In this document: in pieces, positions 1 to 12,100 of the stretch
Layout of the letters: every line of letters begins with the position of its first letter
Numbering within the stretch: position 1 is the stretch's first letter
Source of the DNA: Amoebophrya sp. A120
Lineage: Eukaryota; Protista; Dinoflagellata
Assembly: GCA_905178155.1 (NCBI GenBank)
Contig: CAJINV010000004.1
Location: 7,533,768 to 7,597,767, forward strand
Direction: 5' to 3'
DNA: 64,000 nucleotides
Made by a program: the position numbers and the translations under genes
Notes under the pieces: generated by a model
Seen by the model: only the letters and a program-made list of their open reading frames with translations
What the model was told of the DNA's origin: nothing
Databases searched by the model: none

Positions 1-177
1 GTAGTCCTCCTTGATCGCACCAAAGCGAATTCACTCAAAATTATTTGCATCTGATATTCACCTGCATCTGCAGGATGTACTTGAGAATATTTTCGGTTTT
101 TGAATGAAGCTCCACTCAATCTCAATCGACGTTCCTTGCTTATTTTCAACACACCCTCCTAACGTACATACAACGAA

Positions 178-3100
178 TCATAGTACCTGCGGACAGCCTT
201 CTTGCGTTCTCTGCGTCCTCAAACCGCATCCCGGACACGAGATCGTGGAGCGCACCACCCACAGGATGTTCTTGGTTTCCTCGTCGGTCATGTCCGAATG
301 CACGTTCTGCCACTCCTCCGCCTGCCGGGGGAACAGGAATTGCGTCAACTCCGCCAACGACAGCTGCCCAAAGATTTTCTCTTTTGCGGCCGCCGCGTTC
401 GTCGTGCCCTTCAGGTCGCGAAACAGCGCGCACACACCCGCGAACGTGACCCCGCCCTGGAATTCCGAACCGTGCATCACGGTCCAGATGTCCGTGTCCG
501 CGATGTGCTTCTTGTTGCAGCGGTCGAGCATCTGGAAGGCGGCCTCGATGTTGATCCCGTCCTGCCACAGCTTCTCCTTCTCCTGCTCCAGGTAGTTGTC
601 CAGGTCGATTTGCTGGAACATCACGTCCAACACGAGGGAGAGGCTTTCCATCTGCCGTTTCCGCTTCAAATCCGCGTATCCGGAGTAAAAACGTCCCCAA
701 GATGGAAAATCTGCTAGACAAAACGGCCAACTTTGGTTGTTTCGCATGACAAGTTTGTCCTGGTAGTGTGATCCTGAGTAACTAAAAATTCAGCAGCATC
801 ACAGCTCTAGCATATCATGCTCTTTCCAGCATCACAAATCCCAAAACACAACTAGAAAAACAAAAAGCTTCTCCTGGGGCTTTGCATGAGATACTTTTTT
901 GGCATGCAAATTCGCCTGACAGACAACTCTGGGGTGGAGATGCTTTAACTCGGAATACCGCGGTGTAGGTGTTCATGCCGTTGTTCAGCTTGGAACTAGT
1001 GTTGTCCTTCTCTATGGCACCGTAGTAGTCGTCCTCGTCCAACGTGGTCGAGTTGTTCATGTGGCGCACGGTGCTCGAGAATTTTGGGCCACAATTTGAC
1101 ACCTTGCGACTCGCGGGCGAGGCCATGGCAGAGGACAGAACGCGGGTGTAGGTGCTGTGTTTCAGTTGTGTTTTGATTTATTCAGTCTATTTATTCCATG
1201 GCAGAGGTAGATGATGTTGATGCTCTAAAAATAAATATATTTATTTCCTACATGCTGAAGAAACACATAATATACAGACACGACATTCATGAGGTGGAAA
1301 AGTAAGACTCATGATTTCATCGCGTGCAAAAATTCATATTGGCAAACAAAATCCACTACTTCTACTATTCTGTCGTGCAAAAAAATCAAGTACGATGCAA
1401 TGGGCGACATATCCTGGTCCGAGTCCGCCGGCGCCATCGTACTATGCATTGCAAATATGTCTGGGTCTGGAAGAAAGCAAGTTTGTCATGCTTGGCTCAC
1501 ATGAATCTTAAATCTGTAATGCCAGAGCAGGAAAAAAGGCTCTTCCCTATCGTGCAAATATGCAGTTTGTCATGCGGAATGCGAAACACACGGGAGCTCA
1601 ATAACTTGTCATGCGTGGCTGCATATTGATATGCGCCCACCATTCACAAACTGACATCACAAGTTTCCAGACGCAAACATTTTTGCATTTGATACGTGCT
1701 GCCCATGGACATGTTCAACAGAACTTGGTCGCTGTTGGCCTTCGTGGTGGTGGCGGCCTTCATCATCTTCGGCGACACGACAGCAGTACTACTTGTTGAT
1801 CCAGTGGTCCTAGCCGCCGGCGAGAACGATCGCGGTGACATGATGCTGGCCGTGTAGGAGACCTGCTTTTCCCGGTAGTTGGCCAACGAGTCCTGCTGCT
1901 TCTTGGTCCGGCCGCGTGGGGAGGACAAACTCGTGTTGCGGTTCAGGGTCGTGTAGTCCAGCTTCGTCGATTTGCCCCGCATGTCGGTGGAGGCCAGGCT
2001 GGAAATCCGGATGGAAGGGTTGCTCGTGTTATTGCCCGCAGCCGCGCTTCCAGTCCGAGACGAAACAAAGTTCGTCGAATTGGAAGACTTCGTCGTCCGG
2101 GGGGTTTGCATGGAACTCGCCACCTTCTCGGATCTCGATTTCAGCGACTTCGAGGCCGTTTGCCCAATCACGGTTTGGGACACAAACACCGGCATGTCCG
2201 GCGACTCCGCGGACGGCGCGAAGTCGGTCTTCGTGTCGCACCGGAAAGTAGTCCGACACACCGAACAGGTGACGTTGTTGCAGGCGCCGCCCTCCCGCTG
2301 GCAAAACGTGCCGCACCCCGGACAGACGGTGGTGAAGTACTTAATGTAGAGCTCATTCAGATACTGTTCCGCCTCGTCCGACTGCAGAAACCGCTCCCAC
2401 TCGACGTAAGACAGCATGTCCGTGTTGGAGATGTTCACCCGGTGAAACAGCCGTTCCACATCGATACTTGTCAGCACCTGCTTCACGTCGCACAGAAGGC
2501 GGCAAACCCCGAGCACCGACACGTGCGCCTGCCCGGGGACGGCGGATTGCGACTGCAGCCAGGTGAAAGCCCGTTGGTGGAGGTGCTTCTTATTCTCCCG
2601 CCACTCGTACTCCAAGAGCCGCTTCTTCCGGATCGTGAGTTCCTCGTACAGGTTGGACTCCAACTCTAACAGCCGCACGAACAAATACCCGGCCTCCCGG
2701 TCCAGCTCGTAGTTCTTCAGCTGGAAGCTGTTGTAGCGCCGGCAGAGGACCAAATTCCGGATGCCCTTGTCCTCGCGGGGCAGGATGAGTTTCAGAAACT
2801 CCTCGTACTTGAGCATCTATTCTGAATAAAAACGTCCCCACCCCAGAGCTGTCATGCAAATCAGCAAGCCAAAAAAGTTTCTCATGCGGAGCTCCATGAG
2901 AAGCATTTTCTAGTCGCGCCTTGGAATTTGTGATGCTATAATCAGCATCATACGCTAGGTCTGTGATGCTGCGGACCTACCTAAAACAGGACTACACTAA
3001 GAAGACAGACTTGTCATGCGAAACACCCAAAGCAGGTTGATTTGTCTAGCAGCCTTCCCATCTTGACTCTGGTGTGGGGACGTTTTTACTCAAGATAGCA

Positions 3101-4220
3101 TCAAGGAATTGTTCTTCCCGTTGGACTTGATGTAGTCATCGATGGAAATCTATCAAGTGCAAAAATATCTGGGTCTAGAAACTTGTGATGCATGTCAGTG
3201 AACAGAAAGCGCTCTTTAATGCACCGCTAAGCATGAAAGATTTTCTCGTGGCTCTGTGTTGCGTATTCTGCATGAGAAACATTCGTCTTTGCATGACAGA
3301 CAAGAGGAGGTCTTCGTGGCCACGCAATACAGAGTTCATCAGAGTCATGCCAAACTAGCATGAGAAATCTCGCAGTCTTCCAGACCCAGACATCTTTGCA
3401 ATGCATAAAATCTCGTTCTGGTGGTAGGCTTGCTGCAGCGTCTTCGGGCTCGCAGCTCCACCCTCGCCGGACAGGTTCCCCATGTAGGACTTGCAGATGT
3501 TGCTGCAGTTGGCCTCGCACAGCATGGTGTTCTTGAAATACTGCCGGTTCTATCAAATGCAAAAATGTCTGGGTCTGGGAGATTCTGAGACTTGTCATGC
3601 ACGTTTTGCATAAGCGATGATGTCTGTGATGCATGCCGTAGCATCACCGATTTTTCGAGGGGTTCTTGATGCCTATCTCGCATGACAAATGCCCTATCCG
3701 CGTAGCAAGAATTACACTCCCTTTGCTACTCATGCAATACAAATTTTTTTAGAATCCAAATCCAGCATCACAAGTTGCATTCTTCCAGACCCAGACATTT
3801 TTGCATTTGATAGGTTCAGCCACTTCGCGATGTCGAACGAGGACAGCAGTTTCGTGTTGTTGTTCAGCATGCGGTATGAACTGCAAAAGTATCCTACTCG
3901 TATTGCAGTCATGCATTACAAATTTTTTTCTCCATGTAAATCCGCATTACAAATTTTATTTCTCATGCTGAGGGAATTTGTGATGCATTTATCGCATTTC
4001 TCATGCTGAGGGAATTTGTGATGCATTTATACGAGTGCGATACTTTTGCAGTTCATATGCGGAAACACGCGTACGGGTCGAAGCTGGCGTTGGCGCACAG
4101 TTGCTGCCGGACCTCCTCGATCTCATACTCGGCATCCGACGCGGCCTTGAGCAAACCGATGAGGACGACCTCCTCGCGGGGGTCGAGGAGGGTGTCGAGC
4201 GTGCGGTTCTTGCGGTTCAT
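178..4220 (-). CDS. Multi-exon EF-hand / Cys-rich Zn-finger (IBR-like) repeat protein; 3' end probably continues toward or past the window start
   Basis: ATG 4220 (MNRKNRTLD...). Frame is continuous after removing 6 introners and a GT-AG intron (1155-1393). Two similar modules with EF-hand-like loops (NISNTDMLSYVEW; DRCNKKHIADTDI), each followed by CPGCG..QR..G.C. Confidence 0.7.
677..957. mobile_element. Introner family C
   Basis: TATCCGGAGTAAAAACGTCCCC...ATA; DR CCGCG; removal gives YTA|DLKR. Confidence 0.9.
1443..1694. mobile_element. Introner family A
   Basis: TIR TAT-N4-TGCAAA(A/T)ATGTCTGGGTCTGG; DR CGTAC/CGTGC (synonymous mismatch). Confidence 0.88.
2818..3097. mobile_element. Introner family C
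   Basis: DR GCATC; removal gives NSLM|LKYEEF. Confidence 0.92.
3151..3407. mobile_element. Introner family A
   Basis: DR AAATC; frame restored. Confidence 0.92.
3551..3812. mobile_element. Introner family A
   Basis: Long TIR; DR GGTTC; WLN|RQYF. Confidence 0.93.
3875..4057. mobile_element. Introner family B, with an internal ~38-bp tandem duplication
   Basis: TIR TAT-N4-TGCAAAAGTATC..ACTCGTA; DR TGCGG; CFR|MLNN. Confidence 0.92.
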
Positions 4221-5177
4221 TTTTGGGTGGTTTTTTGTTGGTTTTTCTAGTGTGCGGTAAAGAGGTAGTTGTACTACTAGTTTCGCTTTTTATCTTTCCA
4301 GAAGAATGTCTGAGGTAGAACTTCTTCTCTTCACTCTTCGCTGACCCTACGGTTGGTTACACGGCGAAGAAATTGATGCTGTGCTAGGAGAGAAGCAAAA
4401 ATATTAAAACGTGGTTTGTTCTGCGGCGAAAAAAAAACTCTCAACAAAAGAATCTTTCCACTACGTAGTCCTCCGTTAGCGTTTATACCCGCACCACGGA
4501 GGGTGCGGGCGCTTCTTGTTTTTCATAAGGAAGCTAACTACGGGGTGTCGACAACAAAAAACTTTTACCGATACTGCTAGATGAGGTCTTACTCTAGGCG
4601 GGGAAAAAAGTCGCTCGTAAAAAAAGCCTCTCTACTCGCCAATACAACCTGGAAGTTTCAAGAAAAAAAATTGGAAGCATATGACACGGAAAGAGCATCT
4701 ACAAGTACCTCATTTACGCTCAAAAAAGCAAAACAAACGCAGCTTCCTTGTACGATAAAAACCTTTCAACCGGACGAGTGTATCAACTTCTTATCGTGTA
4801 CGAATTTCGCGAAAAAACGAAGGAGCACGGGCACCGAATCTCATGTGGACGTGTGGCACGAAATACGAAAAAAAAACGGTTACAACACACGCTGACCGGA
4901 CGAAATGAATGGAAAATTATCCAGCGCTTCAAAAACCATACACGGGACACTGGCACTGCTCTTGCCGTGTTCGTTCGTAGTTTTGCTACACGTCTGAAAT
5001 TTCGTTCGTATACTTTGTTGCTAAAGTCGTGTCAAGACGGTTTGTATTTGGTTTGTATTTGTTACAGGTGCAGGCAATGGGTTTCTACATTCGTCGACAA
5101 ACGTGATTCAATTTACATCATAACATAATAAATTGCACCGTCCTCTCACAAGAACTTAGTATTTGAACTGCGCTCTA

Positions 5178-7908
5178 CTACAGTGGTGAAGCCTTAACAG
5201 CCGTAAAATCCTCTAAACAACCTTCTCTAGTACTGCCCATGGTCCCCACGGCAACTTCTCCTTTGCTAGTTGGTCTTTCCCGTTGCAGTAGTTGTCGGTC
5301 CCTCTCTGCCGCCGCCGCCGACGCGTTCCGAATCCGGTACGCCAGAAACACCTTCCAGTATGCGGGTGTCAGGATCGAAATCGTCAAAGTTGAAATAGTT
5401 TGTCATGCACAAAATGCAACGCAAGAATCGCCTCTATTGCAGAGGACGCAAGGGAAGCGGACTGTAGTGCTGGTAAGGGTCGAGAGCTGGGCTGCTCATT
5501 AGCATGACAGACACGAGGGCTTTTGCCCTAAACAGCATGACACACTTGCTTTAGAGGAAAAGAAAATTTGTCATGCGCCGATTATAATCTGTGGGTCCAA
5601 CTGGCATCGATTTTATGCATAACAAATTTTCCAACTTTGTCGATTTCGATCCTGACGCTTCCATATCCAGACTGCGATGAGAACCAGCACGAAAAGCAGG
5701 AGAGGGAGAAAATGGCGGAGGTCGTCCAATTGTTCTTGCTGCTGGTAGCTGCTCACCAGCTCGCCGGAAGTCGTAGTGCCCGCTGTGGATAGGCCACTAC
5801 TTGCCGTTCCGGCATAATCGGAGGGGGAAATGGTGCTCGTGGTCGGCCTTGTAGCGCTAAGCCGCCGTGCCTTATGCCCACGCTGTCGTAGGTTGGTCTT
5901 CCGTGGAGCGGAAGATGAAGCAGTGCTGCTCGCTGACGTTGCAGCAAAAGACGCCGGCATTTTTACACTGCTAGTGCTGCTGCCCTCGTCCGGGTCCTGT
6001 TGCTCCACCGCATTATTTTCCTGCGCAGCCTCGGGTAGAACAACTCCGGGACGAGCAACTCCACCACTCGTCGCGAAAAAGTCGTCCATTTTTGTCCCGG
6101 CGGTTGATGTAGGGGAAACGAGCTCCACGAAGGAATTTGGTTCGATCTCCGCTACTGCTTGCTTGATGTTCTGATCCTGCGCTAGTACTTCTTCACCCAC
6201 TTCTACAAAAGAGGCTTTACTCTTGGACTTTTCTTTCTTCTTGGAAGATCTTCTGGAAGATGTCATAGAAGAAAGAGCGCCCGCTGCCTTCCCTGCAGCG
6301 TCCTTTGCCTTCTTTGCTGCTTTACTCGCTTTGTCTCGGAAAGAAGATGAAACCGGGGGATTCACAACCTCCGGCGCCGCTTCGTCCAGCGCTTTCTGCA
6401 ACTTCACCACCCCCGGCAGGCCGGTCTCAATGGAGTTTTGGAAAGAAATTTTGTTGAACAGATATTACAATGAAAAATGCCCCCACCCCCGAACTTGAAA
6501 GCATTTGTATTGCAAACCTTTCCAAATGAAACACTCGCCCTCTTGCATGTATCAGCATCACAGATTTCCGATCGTGAATAGCAAAGATTTGTATTGCAAA
6601 AGATCCCAGCAAGAGCGGTGCTCGTCATGTAAGCGATGCGAAACACGACTAGAATCTGCATCAGAAAGAGTCATACTCCTTTCATGCATGACAAAAAGTT
6701 TTCATTTGGAAACTTCGCATCACAAATTTTTGCAACTTTGGGGTGGGGGGCACTTTTCACTGTAATAACAGAAACTGAGGAAACGCGGTCCTGGACTCAC
6801 TCAAGTAGATCTCCCCCAAGGGGTAGATCAACTCTTTCTCCGGGTGCTTTTGGTAGAACGACACACGGTACTGGTCTCGCGGTTTCCCCCGCCCGTACTC
6901 CATGACGAACGGTGCGCCGCACAAGTTCTCGGAGCTTTTGGATCCACTACCGGTTGCAGTAGTACTTCTCCTGAGGTTGTCAATACACTTTTCTACATCT
7001 TTCTCCTCTTTCACCCGCATGACGATCAGCTTCTCCGTGCCTTCCGCACTCATGTCTTTGTCCCACTTCTGCTTCGTCTCGTCCCAGCCGGCGTACCGGC
7101 CCTTGAACTGCCACGCGTCAATGTCGCCGTGCAGGATTCGCAAGAAGGATTCGTACTTGGTGTTGTCTGTCAGCAGGTTCTGACTCTGAGCGAGTGCCGG
7201 GTTACCATTTTCCTCCACGGCCTTACTTGGCACCAGTGCTAAAACTCCGTTCGTGTCGTAGGTGTCGGACAGCGTCCACGAAAAATTGTTGGTCAATGGT
7301 TCGCCATTTATCTCTACCGGTCCGATGCGTAAGTCTTCGCTCCGCAGGTTCTCCGTCGTTAGCTCGAGGTACTTGTTTCTACTGTCCGCGGAGGGTAGTG
7401 CGCTGTTTGCAATCTCTGCTTGGACCCAGTCGGAAGCAGCAGTGAGCCACCCGCTGACCCGCGACCAAACACTCGGTGCTTCTGCAGCAACTTCTTCATC
7501 TTCACCGTCTGGTGGTACTCCACCATGATCGGCGCCCGCGCCACCACCTTCTTTACCACCACTCCCGCCCCACCATCCGTGGGACTCGGAAGCAAGCGAA
7601 TGCTCCTGCTGGTGAGTGGTGACGACCATCGTCCTTGTTTTCGGTTGTTCTTGTAGGTTCTAAATTGAGTTCCAGATGAGCAGGGAGAGTACAGAGTAGT
7701 TGATCATCTGCTTCATCTCGCAATAGTTGTACTCAATCAGAGGAAAAGAATTTGTACCACAAGTTACAGCTGCGGCTTCTCTTGCAGTTGCGGTCGCATA
7801 ATTGCTGCTCGAAGTTAAGAGTTCCGAGAGAAAGATACAACAATGCACCCACGACAGGGCAGCTGCTGCCTTGTGGGAAACGAGATTCCGAGGGAAAACG
7901 ATGATCAT
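5178..7908 (-). CDS. Uncharacterised protein with a C-terminal transmembrane helix; 5' end uncertain
   Basis: ORFs 6757-7629, 5613-6410 and 5178-5387 join in frame (FPQFL|FNKISF; IAVW|KVFLAY) after removing introners 6463-6767 and 5359-5665. Hydrophobic segment FLPLLLFVLVLIAVWKVFLAY. Confidence 0.6.
5359..5665. mobile_element. Introner family E
   Basis: TIR TATG..GTCAGGATCGAAATCG.CAAAGTTG; DR TCCAG. Confidence 0.9.
6463..6767. mobile_element. Introner family F
   Basis: TIR TATTACA.TGAAAA.TGCCCCC; DR ACAGA. Confidence 0.9.
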
Positions 7909-9158
7909 TTTGAATGACGATAATAAGCTCAAGAGCGATCACGATTACGACGAACCAACAGTGAATGTTGATATTATCAACATTACGATTAATCGACCCC
8001 CTTTTAAACTCTTTCGATTATACAGTTGGACCCTAGACGGTTGCGGTCGTCACAATAACCATTTTGTGTCTCGCGTTATCGGTAATCATTTATCTTCCCC
8101 TGAACTAATAGGAACACCCAAGTAAATTATAATGCAGCCACAAAACCACGCAGCTACAAAACCAGCTGGTCCTAGTACAGCCCGTGGAGCCAGCAGTTCT
8201 TGTGACTTATGATTTTTCATTTCCATTTCCTCACGACTCTAGGCACGCTTTTGTCCTCGCGCGCCGTGAATACTTGCCGAGCGTCGCTAGCGTAACGACG
8301 CTGGGGTCGAGGGATCAAAAATCCTTCGGTTTGTGGGTAGAAAAAGTTGTGGTCGCGCCATCTACTTTCCTCGCAGGAATCAATGTATGAAGCACACAGC
8401 ATAGACTCTATGTTGTCGTGTGCACTCACAACAAGCATCGTACAGGTCGTGCAAGATGAAAAACTGATGTTCCGTCTTAAAATGTGCAAAGAATTAGAAT
8501 ACTAGGACCATCACTTCAAAATGAAATTCTACACTTCGCTATGCATAAAATGATTAGCGGCCTCGACGCCGAGAGGATCTCGACATCTCAAACGATCACG
8601 TGAGTCGTCGTTCGCACATCCGTTTCATGGACGGAGTCCGCGAAAGGTTGCTGTCGCATAGAAGCTTTGCGACCTTTTACCATGAAACAGGAGCGCAAAT
8701 AACAGATCGTCGTGTGTTTTGGTGATGGTCGTTTTTCGTACGTCTAGATAGGAAAGTAAGAACTTCTAACCGCCGCGTTAATCTTCGTGTGGTAGGAAGT
8801 TCGATCGTTTGTGAACTTCTCTAGTCGATCGCACGTCCTAAATAATAAATTCGCTGGCGGTTGTAGTGGCTTAGTAAGTAAGTACGCCTTCCTACTATGC
8901 TATAAGTACTAGTGGCGGAACATCTTCAGTGGCGTTGCATAAAAACGAAGTGTCTTCTTCCCGTTCATCTTTGCACGGTGGACATTTTTTTAGGTCATAT
9001 CTGAATTTTCCGGTACTATAGATGTTGAACATAGCTACTCAGTGCTAGTGGTGCACAGAATCAAAAACCATGGGGAAAAATGTATGATGCTATAATCGTT
9101 TCTATCTTCTACGTGATCTTCAGTCATGCGGATGCAGAACTCACTCGTTGTCGTTTTT

Positions 9159-12100
9159 TTAGTTTCGCACCGCGTAGGAGCTGGTCATCCGGAGAATCAC
9201 CAGCGCCACGGTCCGGTAGACCACGAACAACGTGAGCAAAATCCCAACTTCGTACCAGTACGTCTGTTCCAAGCCCCCGTGGTCCCAGGCCATCAGCGAC
9301 ACCCGCTGATCCAGCACCCGTTTGTGCACGGTCGCGACCTGCAACACCGTGGCCCCCTTGTTCGGCCATCAAATGCAAAAATGTCTGGGTCTGGATGTAA
9401 TGCAAGTTTTGCATGAGCCATAATGTCTGTGATGCATGCCCTAGCATCGCAGATTTTTTGAGGGCGTGTCGATGCCTATTCCACATGACAAATGCCCGCT
9501 CCGCGTAACAAAAATTTACACTCCCTTTCTTTATTGCTGCTCATGCAATACAGATTTTTTTTGGATCCAAATGCAGCATCACAAGTTGCATTCTTCCAGA
9601 CGCAGAAATATTTTGACTTGATATCGGCCCGTCTGGCACGATGTCCGCGCCGTTGGTACTCGCGTAGTCTTCCAAAATCAGATTATGAAAGAAAAAAAGT
9701 TCGTCACGATCACTCATGCGCATTTTTGCAACACAAAACTGTTTGTCATGCGTAAAAATGCATCTTCACAGCCAAACTTCATTAGGGATTTCCCTAGTGT
9801 TTCTGCAATACAAGGAAGGTTTGTGATGCTGAGAAAATTTGTAATGCAAAGCCAGCAACTTACTGACTGTGACAAACTTTTTTCTCTCCATACAGATTCA
9901 CTTGGTTGTACTGCACCCGGGTGGCTAAGTCGTTCGCGAACCCCATGCCCGTGATGTACCGGATCCAGGCCAACCAGACCGGGATGTTGCCCGGCGGCAC
10001 GAACAGCCCGGAGAACAGTATTTGCAGCATCGTGAACACCGAGCTCATCTGGATCGCCGAGGTTACGGTGCTGGTGGACGCGGCGCCCACCAACGCCATC
10101 GAGGTGAACACCGACGCCATGAGCCACCCGGCAATCACGAACCAGATCCACAGCCCGTAGAAGTATGAGAGTGCACAACCCCCCCTCCCCTTCATTTGTC
10201 ATACAAAATCCCAAATCCAGCTGCTGCCTTGTACTAGCACTGTTTGCATGACAAGTTCTGGAAGTCCTGACAGTAATACTTACACGAGGCGCAAAAATTT
10301 GTCATGCATAGGCTCCATGTGTGCTGGTGTCTGTATTGCTGCTCATGCCATACAAATGAGGGGGAGGGGGAGTTGTGCACTGTCATAAGAAGCCCAGGAT
10401 CTCCAAAATCGAGGCCAGGATCATCACGTGGACCACGTTATCAAATGTAAAAATGTCTGGGTCTGGAAGAATGCAACTTGTGATGCTGCATTTGGATTCC
10501 AAAAAAATCTGTATTGCATGAGTACCAAAGGAAATGCAATTTTTGCTCCGCTGAGAAGGCATTTGTCATGCGGAATAGGCATCAGGAAGCCCTCAGAAAA
10601 TCTGTATTGCTAGGGTATGCATCACAGACATCATGGCTCATGCAAAACGTGCACGACAAGTGTCAGAATCTTCCAGACCCAGACATTTTTACAGTTGATA
10701 CACGTTGAGCACCACCTCGACGAAGAGTTTCGCGGTGATGTAGGAGAAGACCAAATAGTATCTCCCCGTGAACTCCCGCAAAAACGTGTTCCTCTCCGCG
10801 GGAAACGTCAGCAACTGCGGCATCCCGCAACCAAACATGGCGCTCTGCAGCAGATTGATCCCCAGCGACATCATACTCACGTAGAACTGGCCGACCTCAA
10901 CCGCGCGCTTTTGCTCCGGTTGCCCGGGAGTGGAGGCGCCCACCCCCGCGCCGATGTCCTGGACAATTTCCGGGGCGGTTTTTTTGCGCGACACGTTGTA
11001 ATATAACGCGACGGTGAGGAAGGCGGAGAAGAGTAAAGTCGATAACCGGATGACCAACACCCGGTAGTTCCGCCGGATTGCGTTCACCTCCCGCACAAAC
11101 AAACACCCGAGCTGCGTGCAGAGCCCGGCTCGCACGCGGGGTTTGGGCACCTGGTTGGAAGAAAAGGCTTGCAGCCGCTTCTCGTCGTACTGGGACCGGG
11201 TCAAGTTTATGCATTGCAAAAGCATCGTACTCGCTGTACTAATCGCAGATCATACGCATGACAAATCGGATTCCAAAGGTAAATCAGCATGACAAATTCC
11301 ATTTTACATTCTGAGGAAATTTGTCATGCGATTTATACTTTTACGATACTTTTGCAATGCATAAAGTTCCACGCCTCTTGAATCGCATTTTCGTCCATCT
11401 CCTGCGCGACCTCGAGCATCCAATCCGCGACGTTCGTGTCCGGGGGACAGGGGTAGCCGAGGGAGGACAGGTTCTCGTTGATCGTCAGCCGCAACGGGTC
11501 GCTGTCCCGGGACGTGTGCGCGGGGAGGGTGCTGACGGTGGAGAGCGCGCTAGACTGGCGGGCGAACTCCCGACGTTCCTGCTCCACATTGTCCAGGTAG
11601 GAGTTGCCAAGACCGTGGAAGATCAGGCGGTATCAAATGCAAATATGTCTGGGTCTGGAAACCTGTGATGCTAAAATGTGGATGATGGAAATACTTCCGA
11701 ATGCAGCCCAGCATGACAACTTTCCAGAATGCTTTCTCATAGGAAGTCCGCATGAGAAACTGCGTTTTTGCATGACAAAAAAGGCTGCGTCCTTTGTTGC
11801 TTATGCAATACAGATTTCCCAGTAATGTAGAGCTAGCATTACAAGTTCCAACCTTCCAGACCCAGACATATTTGCAATGCATAGGCGGCCTCGGTGCATC
11901 ACCATCACGCGGTCAAACTCCTTGAAAAGCTGGGAGCTGTTTTTCATAATTATTGCTTTTCAAGTTCAACTACATCGTAAAGGTTCAGTGTTAAATTTGA
12001 AACTTGTGCTTATATCATGTCGTCCAATTGACGCAGCGGCTCGTGCAATAGAACTATCATGCACCGACGCCGGATTCGAAGTACAATTCACAATCTAGAA

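Noticed and set aside
3551-3812. Tc1/mariner or Stowaway MITEs with a TA target duplication
   Set aside because: The TA belongs to the TAT/ATA termini. A separate 5-bp DR lies outside it, and only the 5-bp model restores the frames.
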